Source: Thermoplasmata archaeon (GTDB lineage: Archaea; Thermoplasmatota; Thermoplasmata; GCA-020350865). From it: a DNA stretch of 14,923 nucleotides. The stretch covers positions 1,256,025-1,270,947 of the forward strand of contig CP070751.1 in the NCBI GenBank assembly GCA_020348445.1, in the 5' to 3' direction. Shown one piece after another: positions 9,063 to 14,735 of this stretch; positions within the stretch are counted from its first letter, which is position 1; each line of letters starts with the position of its first letter. Made by a program: the position numbers and the translations under genes. The notes under the pieces are model-generated. The model did not search any database. It had not been told where the DNA came from and worked only from the letters and a program-made list of their open reading frames with translations.

Positions 9063-9461
9063 ATGATCGAAAAACTGGACCATATCGGAATAGCTGTAAA
9101 GGATATTGATTCTACCTTAAAATTCTATTCAGAGGCTCTTGGTTTGAAATGCACCCATGTGGAGGAAGTGTCAGGGCAGCATGTGAAGATTGCCTTTCTT
9201 CCGGTAGGGGGTGTGAACCTTGAGCTTCTGCAGTCCACAGATCCTGAAGGTGCAGTTGCCAAGTTCATTGAAAAAAAGGGAGAGGGAATACAGCATATCG
9301 CTTTTAAGGTGGAGAACATTGAGATGGCTATGCAGGCTCTAAAAGAGAAGGGTGTGGAATTTATTGATGCGATTCCAAGGAAAGGGGCACACGGGTCAAA
9401 GATAGCTTTCTTGCATCCGCGAAGTGCACACGGAGTGTTAATTGAGTTAGTAGAGAAATAA
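9063..9461 (+). CDS. mce: Methylmalonyl-CoA epimerase (VOC family)
   Basis: LDHIGIAV, ELL, GEGIQHIAF, IAFLHP...GVLIELVE. SD AGGTGA overlaps the mutase stop, giving ATG 9063. Confidence 0.95.
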   Translation: MIEKLDHIGIAVKDIDSTLKFYSEALGLKCTHVEEVSGQHVKIAFLPVGGVNLELLQSTDPEGAVAKFIEKKGEGIQHIAFKVENIEMAMQALKEKGVEFIDAIPRKGAHGSKIAFLHPRSAHGVLIELVEK

Positions 9462-9487
9462 CCTGTCTGACAATCATTTTATAGTCT

Positions 9488-9526
9488 CATGCCATCCTCA
9501 ACAAGCGAAGTTTTTAGGATGGCATG
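9488..9526. promoter_or_regulatory. 11-bp perfect inverted repeat CATGCCATCCT-N17-AGGATGGCATG (mce terminator hairpin or upstream operator)
   Basis: Read directly; lies 27 nt after the mce stop and 15 nt before a BRE/TATA. Confidence 0.55.
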
Positions 9527-9540
9527 CCAAGAAATACCGT

Positions 9541-9553
9541 AAAACTTATATAC
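9541..9553 (+). promoter_or_regulatory. BRE/TATA promoter for the 61-aa ORF
   Basis: AAAAC-TTATATAC; expected TSS near 9575. Confidence 0.65.
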
Positions 9554-9608
9554 CCTTAAACCAATATATGTCTGACAATAAGTCTGACAACTTAGGGATG
9601 GGATAACC

Positions 9609-9794
9609 ATGACAGAAGCAATGGACCAGGAACCGTACATGGACTTAAACGGCATGCTGCTTTTTTCTGAGCAAGAGAGCCTGATACTTGAGAGAGTGGA
9701 ACGCATAGAACGGAAACTCGAGAGACTAGAGAGAACACTGACAAAGCTCGGCAAAGTCGTCATAAGGCATGTGACTGAATCCCAGGAGGATTAG
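9609..9794 (+). CDS. Small coiled-coil hypothetical protein (61 aa)
   Basis: Own TATA, SD-like AGGGATGGG; 3-4 hydrophobic repeat LERVERIERKLERLERTLTKL. Confidence 0.6.
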   Translation: MTEAMDQEPYMDLNGMLLFSEQESLILERVERIERKLERLERTLTKLGKVVIRHVTESQED

Positions 9795-9856
9795 AAAAAG
9801 CATCATGTTGTGAGTAAGATCACATCATAATAAGTCCTCATATCTGTCGGACATAA

Positions 9857-9940
9857 ATGTCTGACAGCCTCAATACGAGCGCATATGCTGCCCTTCTCAG
9901 GGCAGCTAAAATGCGTAAATCAGCGGAAGCTTCAAATTAA
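9857..9940 (+). other. Candidate 27-aa sORF (MSDSLNTSAYAALLRAAKMRKSAEASN) or structured sRNA
   Basis: Open frame ending just before a T-tract; contains hairpin CGCAT..GCTGCCCT-TCTC-AGGGCAGC..ATGCG (9880-9915). Absent from the ORF track. Confidence 0.35.
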
Positions 9941-9950
9941 CCTCCCTCCA

Positions 9951-9965
9951 TTTTTATTTTTTTTT
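9951..9965 (+). terminator. Oligo-T terminator
   Basis: TTTTTATTTTTTTTT, typical archaeal intrinsic terminator. Confidence 0.6.
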
Positions 9966-10024
9966 ATATTTGACTTCGCTCGAGGATGCAATTTATTGTT
10001 CTCGCTCATTTACCACCTTCAGAG

Positions 10025-10037
10025 AAAACTTTTATGA
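10025..10037 (+). promoter_or_regulatory. BRE/TATA for tRNA-Val
   Basis: GAAAAC-TTTTATG about 40 nt upstream of tRNA position 1. Confidence 0.55.
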
Positions 10038-10073
10038 ACTTGTATTTTATTCCACAGTTATCCAATCAGCCGT

Positions 10074-10178
10074 GGGCTCATGGTCTAGTTGGTTATGACG
10101 TCGCCTTGACATCCGCAGAGTCTTTTGACCTGCTGGTCAGATCGGCGGAGGTCGGGAGTTCGAATCTCCCTGAGCCCA
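10074..10178 (+). tRNA. tRNA-Val(GAC) with 31-nt intron at canonical 37/38 (10112-10142); CCA not encoded
   Basis: Acceptor GGGCTCA/TGAGCCC+A, anticodon stem TCGCC/GGCGG, loop TT-GAC-A|C, T arm GGGAG-TTCGAAT-CTCCC. Bulge-helix-bulge: TTGA(32-35) pairs TCAG(10137-10140), bulges CA|T and AT|C. Confidence 0.93.
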
Positions 10179-10180
10179 TT
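10164..10180 (+). repeat. att-like direct repeat copy 1 (tRNA 3' end) ATCTCCCTGAGCCCATT
   Basis: 17/17 identical to 13999-14015. Confidence 0.85.
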
Positions 10181-10234
10181 TTACTTTTATATTCTTAAAG
10201 CATGGTTTCTTATAAGACAAAATAGCCCAGGCCA

Positions 10235-10350
10235 CTTTTACCTTTTTAAATATTTGGGTTATTTTTTATATAGGCTTTATCCTACCTCCTGCAAGTGGGA
10301 TAGGGCATTTATTGGGTATATATCCTAACATGGGAGGTTGGTGAAAGTAC
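10235..10350. repeat. 116-bp non-coding element, copy 1
   Basis: About 91% identical (8 substitutions, 2 indels by manual alignment) to 14177-14292. Confidence 0.92.
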
Positions 10351-10424
10351 AAAATTATATTAAAAATATATTTTCTCTATCCAAAATGTCGTGATATATA
10401 TTAGATAATAGTAAAAAGGAGACC

Positions 10425-10550
10425 ATCCGATTAACTAAAAATGACAAATATGTACTCAATCAACTAATTGAACATGGACGAATCTCTGATATCACGATGG
10501 CTAAAAAATTGGACATTACACCTCAAGTTGTTTTAAAAATCAGATATTAA
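10425..10550 (+). pseudogene. Truncated Lrp/AsnC-type HTH regulator fragment
   Basis: Translates IRLTKNDKYVLNQLIEHGRISDITMAKKLDITPQVVLKIRY*: an AsnC-type HTH that stops in the recognition helix. SD AAGGAG is followed by ATC instead of ATG. Confidence 0.7.
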
Positions 10551-10551
10551 T

Positions 10552-12945
10552 TTACTCGTATCTCAAGGCATCTCCAGGTTTGAGCTTGGTAGCCCGAAGA
10601 AGCGGTGCCTGGATTATTAAGATGGTTCCAATTAAAGCTATAAGAAATGAATATAAGATATACTGATAGGGGAAGTACAATACCATCTGTAATTTCATTG
10701 CATCTGCCACCATTTCCGTTAAAATATATGATAATATATATCCAACAGGGATACCAATTACCCAACCGATTATTGAAAGAAATACACCCTCGACACAAAA
10801 CATAGTCCATATATTTTTGGATTTGGAGCCTATGCAGCGCATCATTCCTATCTCCTTTGTGCGGTCTATTACGTTCATTGTGAGTGTGCTCATAAGGCCT
10901 ATCATGCTGATGAAAATAACAAGCAAACTCACTATGAAAAACAAGTCCATAATTCCTTGATTCTGCGCCTGGTTTAATTCCTCCAACACATAATGGATTT
11001 GATTATTCACTACATAGCCTTTTGCTAATAAAGTTTCTTCTATTCTTGTGGAGACCTTATCTATTTCATTTTGATCAGAACTTTCCGTGTGTATTAAAAA
11101 TCCGGAGACTGTATCGTTAATTCGCAGAACGTCCTGAAGGGTGGACAATGGCGCACAGACGGCCTGACCATTATCCATTAGACTTGATTGAAGACCGATA
11201 ATTGTAAATTCGAATTCCCCAGTTGCGGTCATTAATTTAACCTTATCCCCCACATCCAAATCCTCAAATTCGGCAAGGGCTTCACCAATTACCAATACTC
11301 TAGAATTATTTTCCTGATCTTGTTGGGAAATCCATCTGCTGGGGGATGGGTTCGTGGTTTTTTCATAATCCCACATCTTTGTGTTGTAATTATATCCCCA
11401 AATCTCGATTGGACGCTCATTTATCTGGGCGAATGTTGTTAAATATGGCTCCACAAGTTTCACACCTTCAATGTTATCAATGATAAAGGTGTCATCTTCA
11501 TATAGTTGGTTTTCACCGCCTCCCTGGGAGATAATCCTTATATCCCACGATCTATCGCTCCACGCACCTGAGACCGCAATCTGTAAGGAATATCCAAACG
11601 TCACCAATCCCAAAAATACTCCAACTGCCATGGCAACTTGGATTGTGGTTGTGGCACTGCGTCCTTTCTTTCTAGCCGCATTGCGCAAACCCATCTGTAC
11701 CGTCCTGGGCATACCCTTCATACGTAAAAGTAACCTATCCAGTGCTCCTTTTCCGTATTTGCCTGAGATACCATGACTCTCCAGCCCCTCCCTAACCAAA
11801 ACCTTTGTTGACCGCACAAGAGCCGGTAGAGACGCGCCTATAACAACAACCAAACCCACCACAAGGCTGATTAGGACTGTTGGGTAATGAACCATAAAAG
11901 AGGTTTCAAAGCCAAATGGCCGCCCCAGGGTGATAAGAACATAAAAGGAGATGAATATCCCCATAATCGAGCCCAACACTGCACCGATAATACCCATGAT
12001 CAATGATGTCGTCAGGTATGACTTAAACACCTGAAAATTTGTTGCACCTATCGCTTTTAATTGGGCGATCTCCTTTCTTTGTTCCGATATTATCGTGTTC
12101 ATGGTATTGGATATGAGAAATATGCTGCAGAATAAAGCAAGAAATGTAAGAATGGACATGAAGCTCATAAGCTGCTGGAGAAATTCACTTCCAAACCACT
12201 CATCCTCTGATCTTGTTTCAGGTAAATCAGCAAACGCTACCACTGAGGTGTTGTTGGTCAAGTACGAACGAATCTCCTCAATGGTTGTTTCCATTTCCTG
12301 ATCTTCTGTCATCTCAAGATCGAAGGATAGTGTATTGTAGCCTGTGAGATTTCCCAGGTTTTGTACCGTTCCCAAGGTTGTATAGAAAACCGCAAATCCT
12401 TCTAATGTGGCAGAGGAATGTGTTAAGCTCCGTCCTTCACCTGTTATTTTTATAATCCGATCGCTACCAGTGGAATCCTTGACAATGATATCATCTTCTT
12501 TTTTCCATTCATGTATACCGTTGATAGTATTGGTCTGCTCGGAAAGAGTCTCGAAGTCATCTGGATAATCACCCGAAATCTTGAATATCTTGTCGACTTT
12601 CTGGTTAATATAGTTTGAAACTCCTATCAAGATAGCATTATTCCAACGCTCACCTATTTTCACTTTTGTAAGGATGATAGTCCTTGTTTCAATCAGGTTA
12701 ACATTATCGATATCCTCGAGTGCCTGAAGGTTCGTTTGGGTGAGATTTACATCCGTCACGCGTATCCGGACATTGGACATGTTGGCATTTTCCATTTCTT
12801 TAAGAGCGCTTTCATCTGCAAGAGGGGTGACCGCAAAAAGGGATATACCCATCACCCCGAGGGCTATGGTCAAAATTGTGAAGAAGGTTCTTGCCTTCCT
12901 CTTGGAAAGGTCACGAAACGATTTTTTAACGATTGCAGAGACCAA
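10552..12945 (-). CDS. ABC transporter permease, FtsX/MacB/LolE type (two periplasmic-core + FtsX modules fused)
   Basis: Two QRKEIAQLKAIGA / DRTKEIGMMRCIGS motifs, two large extracellular loops, about 8 TM helices, C-terminal KPGDALRYE; TTG start. Confidence 0.92.
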   Translation of the reverse strand: MVSAIVKKSFRDLSKRKARTFFTILTIALGVMGISLFAVTPLADESALKEMENANMSNVRIRVTDVNLTQTNLQALEDIDNVNLIETRTIILTKVKIGERWNNAILIGVSNYINQKVDKIFKISGDYPDDFETLSEQTNTINGIHEWKKEDDIIVKDSTGSDRIIKITGEGRSLTHSSATLEGFAVFYTTLGTVQNLGNLTGYNTLSFDLEMTEDQEMETTIEEIRSYLTNNTSVVAFADLPETRSEDEWFGSEFLQQLMSFMSILTFLALFCSIFLISNTMNTIISEQRKEIAQLKAIGATNFQVFKSYLTTSLIMGIIGAVLGSIMGIFISFYVLITLGRPFGFETSFMVHYPTVLISLVVGLVVVIGASLPALVRSTKVLVREGLESHGISGKYGKGALDRLLLRMKGMPRTVQMGLRNAARKKGRSATTTIQVAMAVGVFLGLVTFGYSLQIAVSGAWSDRSWDIRIISQGGGENQLYEDDTFIIDNIEGVKLVEPYLTTFAQINERPIEIWGYNYNTKMWDYEKTTNPSPSRWISQQDQENNSRVLVIGEALAEFEDLDVGDKVKLMTATGEFEFTIIGLQSSLMDNGQAVCAPLSTLQDVLRINDTVSGFLIHTESSDQNEIDKVSTRIEETLLAKGYVVNNQIHYVLEELNQAQNQGIMDLFFIVSLLVIFISMIGLMSTLTMNVIDRTKEIGMMRCIGSKSKNIWTMFCVEGVFLSIIGWVIGIPVGYILSYILTEMVADAMKLQMVLYFPYQYILYSFLIALIGTILIIQAPLLRATKLKPGDALRYE

Positions 12946-12947
12946 GA

Positions 12948-13631
12948 TTATCCCTCTACGATTTCTCCGTCAAGCATTTTAATATTCCGTTTGGCTTTTT
13001 TGGCAAGCTCTTTACTATGTGTTACATACAGTATCGTCTTTCCCTGGCCGTTTAACTTCTTCAATAGATCGAACATCCTGCCCTCGGTTTTGGAATCGAG
13101 GTTACCTGTGGGCTCGTCACCGATTATTATCATGGGATCGTTTGCTAAAGACCGTGCGATTGCCACCCTCTGCTGCTCGCCTCCAGAGAGTTCCGAGGGA
13201 AGGTTTGTAAGCTTATCGCCCAATCCCACCAGCTCCAGATTCTTTTTGGCAATCTCTGCTCTTTCCTTGACCTTACCTTTTTTAGCAAAGTCCATTGGAA
13301 GCATGGCATTCTCGTGGGCAGTAAGAGTGGGGAACAATTGAAAGAATTGAAAGACAATCCCGATATTCTTTCCCCGCCAGGCAGCAAGCCTGTCCTCCTT
13401 CATCGAATCAATCCTCTCTCCACCTATTGTCACCGACCCCGCAGTGGGCCTGTCTATACCTGTGATCATGTTGAGCATAGTGGATTTACCACAGCCAGAA
13501 GGACCCACAATAGCTGCCAGCTCTCCTTCCTCAATATTCAGGTTGACCTTTTTTAAAGCCTGATATTCCAATTTACCAGTTTTGTATACCTTATCCAAAT
13601 CCCTGAGCTCTATTAATGTCAAGAATCTCAT
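12948..13631 (-). CDS. ABC transporter ATP-binding protein, LolD/MacB family
   Basis: Walker A GPSGCGKS, signature LSGGEQQRV, DEPTGNLD, H-loop VTH. Start is ATG 13631 or TTG 13622 (better SD spacing). Confidence 0.93.
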   Translation of the reverse strand: MRFLTLIELRDLDKVYKTGKLEYQALKKVNLNIEEGELAAIVGPSGCGKSTMLNMITGIDRPTAGSVTIGGERIDSMKEDRLAAWRGKNIGIVFQFFQLFPTLTAHENAMLPMDFAKKGKVKERAEIAKKNLELVGLGDKLTNLPSELSGGEQQRVAIARSLANDPMIIIGDEPTGNLDSKTEGRMFDLLKKLNGQGKTILYVTHSKELAKKAKRNIKMLDGEIVEG

Positions 13632-13811
13632 CCCCTTATAAACTATCACATTAGATCGAATTGGTAAAATAGATAACTCCCACCAGATTATATGCAGATT
13701 TTATCCATTACAACCATCAGATATAAAGGGGGGGAAGCTGTATGGAGGTATAAAAGTTTTTTGTGGCATAATAATTGCTGCTTTCTTGGTTTTTATAGCT
13801 TAACAACCTTC

Positions 13812-13827
13812 AGGATATATATATCCT
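13812..13827. promoter_or_regulatory. 16-bp perfect palindrome AGGATATATATATCCT
   Basis: Read directly; about 180 nt upstream of the ABC operon. Confidence 0.4.
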
Positions 13828-13863
13828 CGCCAAATTATTATATAGTAAAAGAAGTCCAAGCGG

Positions 13864-14015
13864 CTGAGCCCACTTTTACTTTAATAAGTTTTATTCGTGG
13901 GCTCAGTCCGGGCTCTCACGAAATGTTGAGATACTGGCCATGGTGAAAGCCCTAGCGCCCAGGTTATGGTGTTATATGCTTTCGTCTTAAACCTGGGCAT
14001 CTCCCTGAGCCCATT
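13864..14015. ncRNA. Candidate structured RNA or recombination-site array: three tandem hairpins with tRNA-Val-like termini
   Basis: Inverted repeats 13864-13873/13897-13906, 13910-13919/13943-13952 and 13957-13965/13990-13998, loops 23, 23 and 24 nt. Confidence 0.4.
13999..14015 (+). repeat. att-like direct repeat copy 2
   Basis: 17/17 identical to the tRNA-Val 3' end. Confidence 0.85.
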
Positions 14016-14176
14016 ATAAGGCGCAAATTCTCCCTAAGCTCTTGATTATTAAGCTTTGGCTCGAATATGACCGGGCCGTGTTTCGGATTAAGAAGAATAC
14101 ATATACAAACGTAACCGAAATACGAAGGGGGCAACATGAACGCATATATTTACAAGTAACTTGGTGGCCCCGCTCG

Positions 14177-14292
14177 CTTTTACCTTTTTAAAGTTATGGG
14201 TTATTTTTTTATATAGACTTTATTCAACCTCCTGCAAGTGGGATAGGGCATTTATTGGGTACATACCCTAACATGGGAGGTGGTGAAAGTAC
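14177..14292. repeat. 116-bp non-coding element, copy 2
   Basis: Direct-orientation copy of 10235-10350. Confidence 0.92.
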
Positions 14293-14307
14293 GATTCTGT
14301 ATGAAGA

Positions 14308-14631
14308 TTAAATTCGATATTTTCTTCCCAATTTCGTAACGTAATATATGATCCAGTTACCCTGCTGCTTTCCCTCTATAAGTCCACTTTCCTTTAATAT
14401 ATTCAGATGATACGATAGCTTTGAGTCCGAGGTTTTCACAATTTCCTTAATAAGGCATACACATAGGGGTTGTATCGATAACAGATTCAATATCTTAAGC
14501 CTTAGGGGTTCCGATAGGGCGTGATAGACCCTGCTCTGGTGAGCTATATCCTTGTCTTCAACTAGGTCAGCAATCGCCCTAATTCCGCCTTTCTTTTGCA
14601 CTTGCTTTTGGATAGGTTTGGGAATTTCCAT
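14308..14631 (-). CDS. arsR: ArsR/SmtB family repressor with CVC motif
   Basis: ALSEPLRLKIL, LCVCLIKE (alpha3 As(III)-type site), LSYHLNILKESGLI, QGNWIIY; ATG 14631. Confidence 0.9.
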   Translation of the reverse strand: MEIPKPIQKQVQKKGGIRAIADLVEDKDIAHQSRVYHALSEPLRLKILNLLSIQPLCVCLIKEIVKTSDSKLSYHLNILKESGLIEGKQQGNWIIYYVTKLGRKYRI

Positions 14632-14643
14632 TGCAATCAACTA

Positions 14644-14717
14644 TTTCAACTTATTTTGAAACGCTAAAATCTATATACATGTTCGAATATATGGTATTTC
14701 AAGAAATATTGAAATAC
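14644..14717. promoter_or_regulatory. Two ArsR-type operators, TTTCAA-N6-TTGAAA (14644-14661) and GTATTTCAA-N6-TTGAAATAC (14694-14717)
   Basis: Same half-site and spacing, each just upstream of one of the divergent start codons. Confidence 0.7.
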
Positions 14718-14735
14718 TGTAAGAGTATGGTAATC

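Larger units (their letters stand above)
9464..9866. repeat. Five copies of palindromic TGTCNGACA-type box (9464-9472, 9569-9577, 9581-9589 [AGTCTGACA], 9845-9853, 9858-9866)
   Basis: Read directly; two tandem pairs (12 and 13 bp period) plus one single copy. Confidence 0.85.
10181..14015. mobile_element. Integrase-less genomic islet (~3.8 kb) at the tRNA-Val 3' end
   Basis: Bounded by the tRNA 3'-end duplication; cargo is an ABC transporter and an HTH remnant; no recombinase inside. Confidence 0.6.

Noticed and set aside
149-9319. Many short alternative-frame or antisense ORFs overlapping glyS, the propeller genes, the TA pair, mcmA and mce
   Set aside because: They lie within well-supported genes and show no motifs or start signals; shadow ORFs.
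9568-9606. 12-codon ORF MSDNKSDNLGMG
   Set aside because: The ATG is too close to the TATA box to be inside the transcript; it is a by-product of the TGTCTGACA boxes.
10105-10111. Reading the anticodon as TGA (tRNA-Ser)
   Set aside because: Stem register, the short variable loop and BHB geometry all fit GAC (Val).
10336-10350. GGTGAAAGT resembling cobalamin-riboswitch or group II intron motifs (also 13942-13952, 14282-14292)
   Set aside because: Flanking conserved elements (B12 box, GCAACTGT, intron domain V) are absent.
10547-13556. Short ORFs overlapping the ABC permease and ATPase (e.g. 10547-10810, 12736-13341)
   Set aside because: Shadow frames of strongly supported genes.
13741-13803. 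Hydrophobic stretch YGGIKVFCGIIIAAFLVFIA*
   Set aside because: No in-frame ATG/GTG/TTG with an SD upstream; may be a gene remnant but cannot be supported.
13692-13946. 84-aa ORF from the track
   Set aside because: No family resemblance, and it runs through palindromes and att-like repeats better explained as non-coding.
13864-14015. CRISPR array or permuted/split tRNA gene
   Set aside because: Units are inverted, not direct, repeats and differ in sequence; no TTCGA T-loop, D-loop GG or anticodon arm is present.
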